Origin: Octopus vulgaris
Lineage: Eukaryota
Assembly (NCBI GenBank): GCA_951406725.2
Contig: OX597822.1
Location: 106,888,001-106,952,000, forward strand
Length of the DNA stretch: 64,000 bases
Reading direction: 5' to 3'
Shown: positions 1 through 13,158 of the stretch, in pieces
How the letters are laid out: each line of letters opens with the position of its first letter
Position numbering within the stretch: position 1 is the first letter of the stretch
Notes under the pieces: generated by a model
Told to the model about the DNA's origin: nothing
The model's database searches: none
What the model saw: the letters and a program-made list of their open reading frames with translations, nothing else
Made by a program: the position numbers and the translations under genes

Positions 1-324
1 CAACCACTAAGCCACGCGATATAGATATTTTTAAAGTAGACCTTTAAGTAATAGGGATGAGAAATTAGGCAAAATATGTGGAGTGATGACGATAAAGTCA
101 TTCGATTACATCAAACTACATAGGTTTGTCTAATGGCTTTATTATATTTCGGATATATGCGATGGCCTTCCATACGGTTTTCATCTACTAAAAACATTCT
201 CAAGGAATTTGTCAGCACAGGGCTATAATAGCAAACACTTGCCCGATGTGCTGTCCACTTAGTTTCACTGAAGTCGAAACCTAGTTTTTGCGAATCGTAC
301 TTGTGAAAGAGTCACCGAAGACGT

Positions 325-470
325 CACTTAGCGGTTCGGCAAAAAGAGACCGAGAGAATAAGTACTGGGCTTACAAAGAATAAGTCCCGGGGTCGATTTG
401 CTCGACTAAAGGCGGTGCTCCAGCATGGCCACAGTCAAATGACCGAAACAAGTAAAAGAGAAATAAAAAA
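325..470 (+). mobile_element. SINE family A, 3' fragment
   Basis: Matches about 7625-7764. Confidence 0.8.
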
Positions 471-1309
471 GAATGTATTTTTCACTTAAAAAAATACGAG
501 AGTAAATTGAAATAATGAATATACAAAAAAAAAAACAAACAAACAACCAAACAAGTGGGAAACGAGAATTTTACCAATGCCTTCTTTTTGGTAAGTTTCA
601 AAGACTCTTGGGAAACCTTGTAGTAGTAAAAGAGACGCTTCGGTTGTTGTTGTTTTTGGTTGTTGCTGCTTAGAACCAGATCGGTTCTGACTGAATAGAA
701 CACTGATTAAAGGTATTCCACTCTAAAGAAACCAATCATTTTTTATTTTCAGACGTAGAATATCTAGAAATGCATCATCAGGCTTATCCTTCCATTTTGA
801 AGATGGCAGTGTATCAATTCTAACAGGTCGAGCGACGATGTAGAAGCTGGGAATGTAAACATCGTTGGTATACACAACTCGGAAAATACAACTTACATAT
901 AAATGTATCTCCACACGCGCACACATAAACACCTACGCTCACTTTAAATAACTTTGCAAAAACTTGTACGCCAAGAGTATTGTCGTTATAAATTATTCAT
1001 AAAAATTGGAAAGCTAAAGAATATTCTGTCTCGTTATCTGATTGTAAGTTTCACAAAATTCAATTACGGATTACGCATCCAAGTTCTTATTAACATAACC
1101 AAAAAACAACACAGAGATTTTGATGTATTTCCAAAGAACACGCACGCACACACGCACACACAAACACACTTTCGTACGCACACACATGCGCACATACATA
1201 CACATGCAATACACACACGAACCTCCACGCACTTTTATTTCTATGTATATTTCTCTGTATATATAGATATGTATGTATATCTATCCATGTATGTATGTAT
1301 GTATGCATC

Positions 1310-1472
<163 letters not shown>

Positions 1473-2014
1473 GACATTGACAAAGGTATATCAAATACTA
1501 TACGACAGAAATTGATGATTTATTAATATCCTCTTCACCTCTCGAGTATGTGTAATAATTATTAACCGTTGATTGAAACCAGTTCCATATGGACAAGGGA
1601 GATAACCTCAAGAAAAAGAATTCTCCAGTGTTGATTTACTACAAAAGAAAAGGGCAGAATCATTGTCTGAAGATAAGAGGGCAGTCAGGGGTATGTGTTT
1701 CTATTTCAATTGGCGTCATCAGCACGACAGTTGTACATGTATGTATGTATCTGTCTATGAGTGTGTATTTATGCGTGAGTGCGTGCGTGCTTATGTGTAC
1801 GGTTGTTTGTGTTTGTGTCATACCTTGCGTGTCATTTCTGCTAAACATGTTGCTTTTTGAGATCATTTTAACCTAGTATCTCTAAACACGAACATTGATC
1901 CCATTTGTATTTACTTCAATGTAACAAACAGCCGAGTTTAACGACCCGTTATTAATTAAGCTCTTGATTACTGTAGATTTAATTTTTTGATGTGCGAATA
2001 TAAATCCACATATA

Positions 2015-2057
<43 letters not shown>

Positions 2058-2154
2058 TCTACATATAAAAATATATCTGCATATGTATGTATATTTTATG
2101 TGTATGCATATATATATAGATATATATAGTAACAACAATCATTCATGGATTGAG

Positions 2155-2421
2155 TTTATAAATGTTTTGAAGTATCGCTACGTGCGTTTCTACAAATCAC
2201 ATATTTCTTATGATCATAGTCCGTATTTCTGGGATGATTACAGTACACTCCGTAGTATTCATGTACATCGAGGGAATAATATACATGACGGAACGAGCAC
2301 ATGGATATGATCCACATGATGTCCATGGATATTATAGAAAGTACTGTAATCATCACAGAAATACGGACTATGATCGTAAAGTAACATGTGATTCGTGGAA
2401 ATGCATTAAAATATTTATAAA
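2155..2421. repeat. Fold-back element with imperfect arms
   Basis: gatcatagtccgtatttctgggatgattacagtac / gtactgtaatcatcacagaaatacggactatgatc. Confidence 0.8.
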
Positions 2422-2452
2422 TTCCATTCATAGATTATTATTATTATTATTA

Positions 2453-2870
2453 TTGAGTGAGAGAGCAGTTCATGCCATCAAAGTGACACTGGGGTACAAA
2501 TATACGAAGCCCAATATACCCATCATGACTACCCGTCTGATAAAGGTACACCAGGCACATGCATCACAACCATATGTGCGCGACATGGTGATCTCATATC
2601 AAGATAAACAGCACATGACCTTGCAGGTGGGGCCCAGTTAGAATTTTCTTCTGGTTGAGTAGCCCATCCCGCTCAAACGGTCCCTGAATAAGGGTTGTTT
2701 AAGGATGTTGAAAGAACCACCCATGTTTCCAGAGGTGAACTATTCAAATCCCAAAGAATCCCTCTCAACACATGGCTATGATGCTCCCCCACTACTTCTG
2801 CTCGTGATCAGAGATGCACATATCGTCAGCCACTAAGGGACATGCTCAACTGGTTAAAGTCAAACAACTA
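2453..2870 (-). mobile_element. Repeat family D copy
   Basis: gagtgagagagcag... directly after (ATT)n; reverse complement of about 51015-51430. Confidence 0.8.
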
Positions 2871-3003
2871 TTATGCCGGCACAACTCGGTACAATCACAT
2901 AAAATTGCTATAACAAGTTGGTATCATTAGGCTGTAACCGACATAATTAAATAGAAGCTTTTTTATGCATACAAAAAAAAAGTTTCCTGTAAACGAACTT
3001 AAA

Positions 3004-3038
<35 letters not shown>

Positions 3039-3070
3039 TGAACACACATATATATGTATGTATACGTACA

Positions 3071-3103
<33 letters not shown>

Positions 3104-3350
3104 GTGTATGATTCACAGACTGTTTACGAAAGATAAGAAGCATATTTGATTTTATGTATTTGGTTCATGAACAACAAAGAAGAATTGATATTTGCGAATT
3201 TTCATGATGTGGATATACACGTCTGGTTTAAAATAGTATTACACAAATAAATAGTTGGTTGTGGTTATCTAAAGCAACCGATTGCAGAATAATATATGTT
3301 AACGCAGAACACACTCCGTTCTGCTCGAACGTTGATATTCAGTATTCCAA

Positions 3351-3999
3351 AGGCGGCGAGCTGGCAGAAACGTTAGCACGCCGGGCTGCCGTTACGTCCT
3401 GAGTTCAAATTCCGCCGAGGTCGACTTTGCCTTTCATCCTTTCGGGGTCGATAAATTAAGTACCAGTTACGCACTAGGGTCGATGTAATCGACTTAATCC
3501 GTTTGTCTGTTCTTGTTTGTCTTCTCCGTGTTTCGCCCCTTGTGGGTAGTAAAGAAATAGGTATTTCGTCCGCCGCTCAGTTCTGAATTCAAATTCCTCT
3601 GAGGTCAACTTTACCTTTCATCCTTTCGGGGTCGATAAATTAAGTACCAGTTACGCACTAGGGTCGATGTAATCGACTTAATCCGTTTGTCTGTTCTTGT
3701 TTGTCTTTTCTGTATTTAGCCCCTTGTGGGTAGTAAAGAAATAGGTATTTCGTCCGCCGCTCCGTTCTGAATTCAAATTCCTCTGAGGTGAACTTTGCCT
3801 TTCATCCTTTCGGGATTGATAAATTAAGTACCAGTTACGCACTGGGGTCGATGTAATCGACTTAATCCGTTTGTCTCTCCTTGTTTGTCCCCTCTGTGTT
3901 TAGTCCTTTGTAAGTAGTAAAGAAATAGGTATTTCGTCCGCCGTTACCTTCCCTAGTTCAAATTCCGCCGAGGTCGACTTTGCCTTTCATCAAGAAATA
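3351..3999 (+). mobile_element. tRNA-derived SINE family B multimer (head plus ~3.4 units of 184 bp) with 16-bp TSD
   Basis: Head ggcggcgagctggcagaa and B-box gagttcaaattcc. Unit junctions at 3561, 3745 and 3929. gatattcagtattcca occurs at 3334-3349 and 4000-4015. Confidence 0.9.
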
Positions 4000-5211
4000 G
4001 ATATTCAGTATTCCACTGTTCAACTATCGACTGTTAAACCAACATACATCGAGCTAATGGTTAACCAACACACGTCGCACTAACACCGTTAACTACTCCG
4101 ATTCTTTATTAGGCACAGAGGCCTGAAATACAGAGTGGACGGCACAAGGACAGACAGAACAATAAAAGTGGGGACAAAAACATGAAACGAATGAAAGGAG
4201 AAATTATATAAAAATGAAGGTAAAATAGCCACTTGAACCCCACCCTCACGTGGCTACATTTAACTGTTTTAATTTTCAGTTTTTTAAATCAAATTTTCAT
4301 CATTTAAAATTTTACTTACTGTATTTACTAGTTCATCTACTGTATTATGGCTATGTAATCCAAGACCGGAGGTAGGGTTTCGTATTCTACCTCCTCTCCT
4401 AACGGGTTAATGGGTGAACCAGATATTTCTTTCAATTTTGTGTATTTTTCTCTATCGATTGATATGCATTTGGTGTATTCCAGTTTCACCTCGGCTGGCA
4501 ACCCCACTCTGATTACCGACTTAATCTTGGTAAGCATGCGTTCGATTGCCGTGCTTTTGGCGTATGCCATAATGTGAGCTTTGCGTTTTCGGGGGATTTT
4601 GTGGGTCTGTGTGTTTTGTCTGTCTGCATTTGAGTCTGTATTACTATATCAGGTGCTGGAGCTAACCGGGGTGGCATCACTATTTTTTGGTATTTCTACT
4701 TGTGGTGTATGCTGTGTGAATTTTCGGTCTACTGTATGTACCCTATAAATAACAATTTTTATTATATATATATATATAATGGTATTCAGCTTCAAAAACC
4801 ACATGGCTTCGTGTTGAGTCCCACGTGTTACCCTGAGCAGGGCCGACCAAACCTTGTTAGTGGATTTGGTAGATGGAAAGTGAAAGAAACCCGTCGTATA
4901 TATGTATATATATGCATGTGTGTCTTTGTGTCTGTGTTTGTTGCCCCCCACCACTTGACAGCCGGTGTTGGTGTGTTTGCGCCAAGAGTTGTTCAGCACA
5001 GGAGAGCGATAAATTAAGTACTTGGTTTAAAAAAACGTACTGCGGTCGCTTCATTGAATCGCCAAATTGAAGGCGATGCCCCAGCATGGCTGCAGTCTGA
5101 AGACTTTAAAAAGAGAATAGATAAACAGACTGAAGTGGAATACGAAAATTCCTTGGAAAACGTTAAGAACTAAAAAATAAAAAAAAACCCAAAAATACTC
5201 GGGTAACTTAC

Positions 5212-5364
5212 CCAAGGCCACACGTGCTGATGTTGCTTCATGATTAATCCAAAATGACACCCATGACAGCATTACAATCAAAATGGACGGCAAATATGTC
5301 TGGAATATGAAATATCCAATGTTCCGCTGTAACTTAAAACTCAGTGAGAGTCGCTGGTAGTTTC
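5212..5364 (-). CDS. Lcch3: GABA-A receptor beta / LCCH3-like subunit, TM1 and start of TM2 exon (153 nt)
   Basis: Reads (G)[50 protein letters not shown](G), within ORF 5051..5398. TTTCAG acceptor, GTAAG donor, conserved 153-nt size, in frame with the upstream exon. The [11 protein letters not shown] linker is typical of LCCH3 and molluscan GABA beta subunits. Confidence 0.96.
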
Positions 5365-5731
5365 CTGAAAGAAAATGCGAAATGATAACGTTAAACAAGC
5401 GTTACAGCGGTGACCCAGGGTTCATAAACGATTATAAATTATCCCTGTTATATATTATATATTATTTGAATGACAAAGATAAATTCACAGCGTCTATGCA
5501 CTCAGCGCTGAGTTTAATTATGTTACATAGTGAAAGATAGTTACCAAAGAAAAACTCTTTATCGATGCAAAAATTCATCCACTAATTTTATAGGAAATGG
5601 AATTTTCTAGAAAAGGAAATGGAAATTAGTATTCCAGATCTGTCGTACACTCTTTCTTCGGAAACGATGCTTTGTTGCTAATTAACTTGTGGCTATGTCT
5701 GTCTGGTTATTTATACCATCTCCACCTTCTC

Positions 5732-5809
<78 letters not shown>

Positions 5810-6114
5810 GTATTAATGTATATATACATACACACAACGTGTGTATGTAAAATAAAATAAAGCAACGCAAGAGAGATTGTTTATAAGATATTTAGTTAAA
5901 CAAGCTTACGTACGTTTCATTAACACAAGGTGATTGTTAGTTACATAATGTAAATTACACAATCTATACTCATTGTCATGTCGTCAAGTCAGAGATATGT
6001 AACTTTTATGCGTAGAAATGTTGACAGAATCAACCATCCACAACGTTTGATTCTGTCAACAATTCTAGAATCAAATAATATTAAGTAGTCACTATATATA
6101 TATATACACACACA

Positions 6115-6238
6115 CAGAAATTCCACAAAGTCTGGGTACATGGAGTAAATAATATCATAACATAAACAATTAAATATAAGAAACAATAATTTCTTAAAGT
6201 ATGTGTTAATCCCCATGTACCCAGATTTTGTGGACACC

Positions 6239-6242
<4 letters not shown>
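6115..6242. mobile_element. Tc1/mariner-type MITE
   Basis: Inverted repeats tccacaaagtctgggtacatgg / ccatgtacccagattttgtgga, ending caccctg followed by TA. Confidence 0.65.
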
Positions 6243-6297
<55 letters not shown>

Positions 6298-6304
<7 letters not shown>

Positions 6305-6747
6305 AGCGGGACCAGCCATCTGAATGTGGCTAGGGACAGGGCGGGGTGGTGGGGGTGTTACTGATGCATTTAGCCCCAGGCGATCATCGACATCACCAGA
6401 AGGACCGACACCATCTCGGTGTCCTTGCCAGCCTGCAAAGGGAGATCAGCCTCCCCGAAGATACGGATGCTACACACGGACCGGTTTCGAGGTGGTCGCC
6501 TCTCGTCAGCGCATGGCAAGCACCGTTCTTCGTTGAGGGACTTCCTCTACAGGCTAGAAATATATAGATTTTCACTGTAAACACAGTCACTGGCGTCGAA
6601 AATCTGTTCGATAACAATAATAATACCGTGATGGTGTCGGCTCTCCTGGTGACGTCTATAGTCGCCTGGGGCCAAATGCATCAGTAACACCCCCACCACC
6701 CCGCCATGTCCCTAGCCACATTCAGATGGCTGGTCCCGCTTATATTA
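6298..6747. repeat. Fold-back element, ~123-bp arms (6298-6420 and 6625-6747), between (TA)n tracts
   Basis: taatataagcgggaccagccatctgaatgtggctagggaca... and its near-perfect reverse complement. Confidence 0.92.
6473..6515 (-). ncRNA. Minimal type I hammerhead ribozyme, intact core
   Basis: Minus strand: CAUGCG-CUGACGA-GAGG-CGACCA-CCUC-GAAA-CCGG-UC^CGUGUG. Stem I is 6 bp with two GU pairs, stem II is 4 bp, stem III is the palindrome ACCGGU, and the cleavage triplet is GUC (site between 6479 and 6478). Confidence 0.8.
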
Positions 6748-6790
6748 CAGAGCAGTGACTGTTTATACCTCACTTAGAGATTTATTATTG

Positions 6791-6832
<42 letters not shown>

Positions 6833-6860
6833 TATATATATACATATATATATATTCCTT

Positions 6861-7118
6861 TTTACTAAGCACAATATATGTTTTTTATGTGCTACTATTA
6901 GCTTCATGTGCCGGGGAGGTGCCAAACAGTGTAATATAACACGTCTAGTGTCCCAGCGTAATCATTAGACGTTTTATAATACACAATTTAGCATGTTCTC
7001 AGCACATGAAACTAATAGTAGCACATAAAAACATATATTGTGCTTAGTAAATAATATTTATCTCTCACCAGATGGAATACTTTTTGTGTTGATCTTACCA
7101 TCACGGAACAGTACACTA
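6861..7118. repeat. Fold-back element family E
   Basis: Arms about 6861-6911 and 7001-7051 plus a tail; homologous to 40216-40555. Confidence 0.8.
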
Positions 7119-7372
7119 CATGCACACACATCAAACATGTACTCAACTATGCACATGCATAGTTCCCCGCCTCGCGTATACACACAGAGGATAACTTATG
7201 AAAATGATTCCCAAGGACTGCTGTATTTCTTTTTGATTGACGAGAAAGGTAAGATTACGTCTGGTAATATTATGTAAATGACAGAAGCACTAAAGGGTGA
7301 TATAACCACGCATGCCATTATATTAAAGATAGAACAAACATTTCCCACTTTATAAATAATGCTTTACTCCTA

Positions 7373-7764
7373 GGCGTAGGAGTGGCTGTGTGGTAAGTAG
7401 CTTGCTTACCAACTACATGGTTCCGGGTTCAGTCCCACAGCGTGGCAACTTGGGCAAGTGTCTTCTACTATAGCCTCGGGCTGACCAAAGCCTTGTGAGT
7501 GGATTTGGTAGACGGAAACTGAAAGAAGCCCGTCGTATATATATGCATATATATATGTGTTTGTGTGTCTGTGTTTGTCCCCCTAACATCTCTTGACAAC
7601 CGATGCTGGTATGTTTACTTCGCCGTAACTTAGTGGTTCGGCAAAAGAGACCGATAGAATAAGTACTCGGCTCACAATGAATAAGTCCTGGGGTCGATTT
7701 GCTCGACTAAAGGCGGTGCTCCTGCATGGCCACAGTCAAATGACTGAAACAAGTAAAAGAGTAA
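7373..7764 (+). mobile_element. tRNA-derived SINE family A, full length
   Basis: A-box-like tggctgtgtgg, B-box-like ggttcagtccc, internal TA/TG tract and (gtaaaaga)n tail; at least 8 copies in the window. Confidence 0.9.
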
Positions 7765-7810
7765 ATATGAGTTCGGAATAGGACTGTGTGGTTTTTCTGT
7801 CCCTTTATTA

Positions 7811-8114
7811 TCACGTGATCACGTGACCGACCAGACCATCAGATGTTGTTACACATCGCTGGTCACAATGCGTTCGCATTGTTTTAGCCTTCGAATGACG
7901 CCACCCCGCTGGCTAAGCGAGCAGGCCAACAGAAGAAAGAGTGGGAGAAAGAGTGGTGAAAGAGTACAGCAGGGATCATCACCCCCTGCCGGAGCCTCGT
8001 GGAGCTTTTAGGTGTTTTCGCTCAATAAACACACACAACGCCCGGTCTGGGAATCGAAACCGCGATCCTGCGACCGCGAGTCCGCTGCCCTAACCACCAG
8101 GCCATTGCGCCTCC
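7811..8114 (-). mobile_element. tRNA-derived SINE family C (tail type 1) with TSD
   Basis: tRNA-like head (tggc..gtggttag...ggtttcgattccc); gtccctttatta is duplicated on both flanks. Lies 90 bp from the 138-nt exon donor. Confidence 0.9.
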
Positions 8115-8204
8115 GTCCCTTTATTATACTCTAATGATTCTGCTAACTCGCAGGCTTAAAAAGAAGTCATAATTAGAAAATTAAAAATAGAAGAAAGCCT
8201 TTAC

Positions 8205-8342
8205 CTGTTGTTAGTTTCTCAATTGTGACTACAGTTTTATATTCTTTTATGTCAAACTGCGGAAGTTCGACTCTATCAACACCCATAACTGCATCTTTGC
8301 CATTGCGCCAGTACATGATAACATCCACCATGGTGTAACCAT
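8205..8342 (-). CDS. Lcch3: GABA-A receptor beta / LCCH3-like subunit, loop B to loop C exon (138 nt)
   Basis: Reads (Y)GYTMVDVIMYWRNGKDAVMGVDRVELPQFDIKEYKTVVTIEKLTT(G). TTTCAG acceptor, GTAAAG donor, phase 1-1, conserved 138-nt size. Not present in the supplied ORF track. Confidence 0.95.
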
Positions 8343-8607
8343 CTGAAAGAAAAACGATTAAAAATTCGATTAAATGTATAATTCAGATATTTGCCATCTC
8401 TGTCTTAAAGAATTTAAGAATATTAATCAGCGTAAACAAAGATCTTTTCAGTCAGACGACAGAATAAATTTTAGGAAGAAGAATTCATGTTTAATGTTTC
8501 TGAAAAAAATATTTTGTCAGAGAGAGATGAAATGTTTCCTAATGTTTGAGAATCGTTTGTGTAGTTTGTGAGTAGTGTGAGTCAGAAAGAAGGAGAGTGT
8601 GGTATTA

Positions 8608-9027
8608 AGGCGGCGAGCTGGCAGAATCGTTAGCACGCCGGGCGAAATTCTTAGCGGTATTTCGTCTGCCCTTACGTTGTGAGTTCAAATTTCGCCGAGG
8701 TCGACTTTGCCTTTCATCCTTTCGGGGTCGATAAATTAAGTACCAGTTACGCACTGGGGTCGATATAATCGACTTAATACATATGTCTGTCCTTGTTTGT
8801 CCCCTCTATGTTTAGCCCCTTGTGGGTAATAATGAAATAGGTATTTCGTCTGCCGTTACGTTCTGAGTTCAAATTCCGCCGAGGTCGACTTTGCCTTTCA
8901 TCCTTTCGGGGTCGATAAATTAAGTACCAGTTACGCATTGAGTCGATATAATCGATTTAATCCGTCTGTCTGTCCTTGTTTGTCTCCTCTGTGTTTAGCC
9001 ACTTGTGGGTAGTAAAGAAATAGGTAT
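8608..9027 (+). mobile_element. SINE family B dimer
   Basis: Head plus two units with the same junction aagaaatag|gtatttcgtc-like sequence. Confidence 0.88.
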
Positions 9028-10224
9028 TAAAGGAAACTAAATGTTCGTGTATGTGTGTGTTTGTGTGAGTATGTATTTGTGGGTGTGTATGTGTGTGTTT
9101 GTGTGAGTATGCGTTTGTGGGTGTGTGTGTGTGCTACAAATCTAGGACACATGGGTACTATGTACGAATGCGTAATATGCACAATATACAACTCATAAGC
9201 GTAACGTGTGCGAACAATGCGTAACTGCCCTATGCTTTGTTAGCAAGCAGTATAGAAGTTAACTCTAGTTACTTATATTACTAAAAGAACATTGAACCTT
9301 CTGTGCTATGTCCACAGACGAAAGAGTTCTCCAATTGATGCGATTCCTAGCAATGGACAGCAAGTTGGTAGAATCGTAGAGCATTGAGCGAAATGTTTTA
9401 CAGTGGTTATTCTAGCGTACTAAGTTCAAATCCACAAATATCAACTTTGACTTCATTCTTCCGGGGTTGATAACGTTCCCATCTAGGAAGCTTGACTGAT
9501 AGTTTCCTTAGAACGTCCGATGGGATGTCTGGCATTATGAATTCAAATCTTGTCATGACCTACATTGGAGGTAGTCTTTTTCTGTTGTCCATTTTAAAGT
9601 TACCATCTGGCACCTTGTGTAACTTTAGCGGAGGAGTCCACTCAGTTGCAAGCATTCATGTTAGGTTCCAGGTTAAGGATATCTTTTTACCCCTTTTCTC
9701 TTTCGTACCCGTCTTGGAGGTCCTGTAAACGGTCACTGGCATTGTTCTGTACTCCAGACTAAATGGTAAAAATATGTTAACGTTCTATGTGGCTAAAAAT
9801 TCCAGGGTTCAGCACACATTTCCTATTAATAGTAATCATTAAAAAAATCTGATTCCCTTCTGGTGGGAAAAAAATTTTCGCTACAAATGGGGACTATTGT
9901 AGATTGAAGTACTGAAAAGAAAAAAATCCTCATATGGGTCACGAGAAAATAAATAAGAAATCATTGTAGTGTAGCCTCTTTTTGTGACCTCGAAATTGAT
10001 GATTTCAGTAGGGTTTCCGTTTTGTCTTAGCATCTTCCTTTTCATGAAATAATACAATACATCTAATACGATAAGTACTGGATGAAAACTGTTAATATTA
10101 AGATAATAATATTTTAGAAGAAAACAAGCCTAATTGGCTCAGTTTGTTAGAAATCAACACTGCAATATAAAGATATTTGTGTATAGCTGGTCTCTCTCTC
10201 TCTCAAAAAAAAAAAAAATAAATA

Positions 10225-10540
10225 AGGCAACGAGCTGACAGAAACGTTAGGACGCCAGGCGAAATGTGTAGCCGTATTTCGTCTGCCGCTACGTTCTGAG
10301 TTCAAATTCCGGCGAGGTTGACTTTGCCTTTCATCCTTTCGGGGTCGATAAATTAAGTACCAGTTACGCACTGGGGTCGATATAATCGACTTTATCCGTT
10401 TGTCTGTCCTTGTTTGTCCCCTCTGTGTTTAGCCCCTTGAGGGTAGTAAAAGTAATAAAAATACGTATTTCGTATGCCGTTAAGCCCTCTGTCTGTCCTT
10501 GTTTGTCCCGTCTATGTTTAGCCCCTTGTGGTCAATAAAA
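10225..10540 (+). mobile_element. SINE family B with partial second unit
   Basis: Matches family B. Confidence 0.85.
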
Positions 10541-11849
10541 AACAGTAAAGTATTACAATTATGCTTTTGTTTTTACCACCCAGCAGTAGCAGTTTCAAGT
10601 GAAGGGGTAGATTGAAAATAAGACTGCTTTGATGAGTATAAAAATTATAAATAAACGATATTTCGGTAAAACCAAAATATAGAATAACTTTCTATACTGA
10701 TGACGGTGCAATAAGAAATATCAAGTAGAATCAGATTAGAACGTGATTTTCAGAAGGAATAAATTTCAAACATGTATATCAAGGATTACACAAAATGATT
10801 GATAGAAGTCGAAGAGTAATGCAAACTCGTAAACATACTTGTTTTTTTAAAGTATATATATATATTTTTTATAAATCTGTATTCGTAAGATTAAAGCTTC
10901 TTAGGATAATCCTTGCGATGCATTTCAGTTTTCATACTTCTCAGTAACTACAAATATATTTCTGCCGTACAAGTTTTATCGTGTATTTATATTTATTTGA
11001 ATTATTTTCATTTGCTATTTCGCATTTTTTTTTACTTGAATAGAACCGGATGTCGTTAGGTAAACATGTCTTTTTCATTTGGTTTTCTTCACTAAAGAAA
11101 TTTAAACTCGCGTGACTTTAAATCTATGTAACTGGTATGAATTTCTCAGTAATCTTATACCCGTCTTTTGGATTTATATCACTTGGAAAAGATGAGAATT
11201 AAATATTAGTAACAGAATAATCGACAAGCGGAAAAGAACCCAACGTGATTTCAAAGAAATCCGCTATTTTTCTAACTCCAAAATATTCCATCACGATTTT
11301 TTAGTTATTCAATCACAAGATTTTTATTTTAATCAGGAAATCAGTTAAAGTGAACGCCAAGAAAATAAAGAGGAAAAAACTTCTAGCAAATAATAAGCTT
11401 ATATAATTTCTTTCTTTCTTTCTTTCGTCTGTAGCTTGCTCAGCCGATAAGGAATCAGCTTTTCGTCAAAAAAGTAATTAGCACTTCTCCCTTCCTCATT
11501 TCTCAACTGTACTCTTCGCTCGTACTTTCAAACAAATGCCTTGAGTAAAGCTAAGATAATCCAATCCAAGCCAACCCAAGCCAATCCAATCCAAACCAAG
11601 CCAAGCCAAGTCAAGGCAAGCCAAACTCAGCCAAGCCAATCCAATCCAATCCGCCTCTATAACTAGTGGGAGCGCTCCGTAATTGACGAGCATAGGTTTA
11701 TCTTTCCGAGCTGAAATAGAATCTTTTCATGGGAAAATATTTAGAAATGTATGAAATGCGACAGGATGACTTTGTTTAAGACACACTAAACGGAAACTAA
11801 TGAAGAAAGATCCTAAACATGTGTTGGTAGTAGTAATAGTAGTAGTAGT

Positions 11850-12400
11850 ATATATATTAAGTAATGAACCAAAAAGAAGGCAAAACGAGGTCAAGTTTTA
11901 ACAAAGGTATTATCATTATAACGCTTGAAAACAAAAGAATCGTCGACGTTTCGGACGTTGGTTGTTCATCAGAAAAAGGTAAGATGAGAAAGGATGAGTA
12001 AAAAAGAGGAGAAAAGGGTGGCGAGAAAGAAAATAAAATGTTAGGGACTTAGTGGCAATGCGGTTTTATGGGGAGGACTTTGGAATGAGGAGGAGGAGTG
12101 GTGTGTGCACGTGTAGGAGTATATCCATATATGTAGTATAGAAGAGGTGTATGTGCGTGGTAGTGTGGGGTGCGGTGGTTTCTTGGAATGCTTAGAGACG
12201 AGTTGTATATGCGTATACATTGCGTATAAATGAACCTACAATAATTTCCTCGTCTTGTATCTCGATGTTGATATCGTCTTGTATCTTGATGTAATGTGAT
12301 GTAGAGGCTGTTAATTTAGATGAAATTCACGTGCGGCATTATGACTTCCAAGGTATTCTGGGTACCCTATATTGTTATGGAATGTTCACCGATACCTCTT
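11850..12400 (-). mobile_element. Decayed Penelope-like 3' end / pLTR
   Basis: Minus strand has CTGATGA...GTCCGAAACGTCGACG (hammerhead-like, about 11940-11972) downstream of a decayed coding-like stretch and a pyrimidine-rich tract. Confidence 0.4.
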
Positions 12401-13099
12401 ATAATTTTTTAAAAAAACAATTTTTATGAACAGACACGCGCGCACACATACACCTATATACACACTCACGAATGTGTATTATATGAATGAAATTATATCT
12501 AATACTTTACATATTAGTAGATGTTTCAATATAGTGTATTTTATCAAAGATCAGAATAAATATCTATTATATCCGTTTTTATACTTGAGTAAGAACGAAA
12601 ACTCAACAAAATAATATCATTCACAGAAAACAACTTATTACGTAGAAAGGTAAAAGATAAAGTTTAAGATTTAAATATATATATATTCAAAAAATTAAGA
12701 AAAGATAGAAATGAGACAAGGTAAACGAAGAAAGAGAAGAGAAAAAGAAAGCTTATATATAGAAGAAACTGGCTCAGAAAAGGTATACATTTGTCATCTA
12801 ACTTAATAAGGTACAGAGACTCTTTGAATATTTTCGATTGTAACCGTCTGTGGCAGTTTGATTGGCAGCCGATGAGGAATTGCAGAATAAGGCGGAGGAT
12901 CGTAGATGTAAGAGAGAGAAAAAAAAAAGAACGGGAATATAAAAAAAATTAATATCAGAATATATTTTATATTCTAACGGAAATAAGGAACTGCCGTGAA
13001 AGAAAATATTTTGCATATCAACTGAAAACACCATTAAGCATCGGTAAAAAGTTTCAAAATCATACGATGCTATAACAACAACAACAACAACAACAACAA

Positions 13100-13158
<59 letters not shown>

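Larger units (their letters stand above)
5365..8204 (-). other. 2,840-bp GT-AG intron of the receptor gene
   Basis: Joins ...LTT-G-NYQ... in frame. Confidence 0.92.

Noticed and set aside
723-932. Non-repetitive 69-aa ORF as a receptor exon
   Set aside because: No similarity to the expected TM2-TM3 sequence and no supportable splice pair.
1700-1740. TTVVLMTP in ORF 1660..1866 resembling TM2 (ITTVLTMTT)
   Set aside because: No downstream LPRISYVKAID or TM3 sequence, and it sits in simple repeats. The true next exon is probably outside the window.
7373-7450. tRNA-like heads of SINE families A, B and C as tRNA genes
   Set aside because: They continue into SINE bodies with tails and TSDs and lack a complete cloverleaf.
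11560-11650. ORF with a repeating WLGL pattern
   Set aside because: Product of a (CCAAG/CCAAT)n pentanucleotide repeat.
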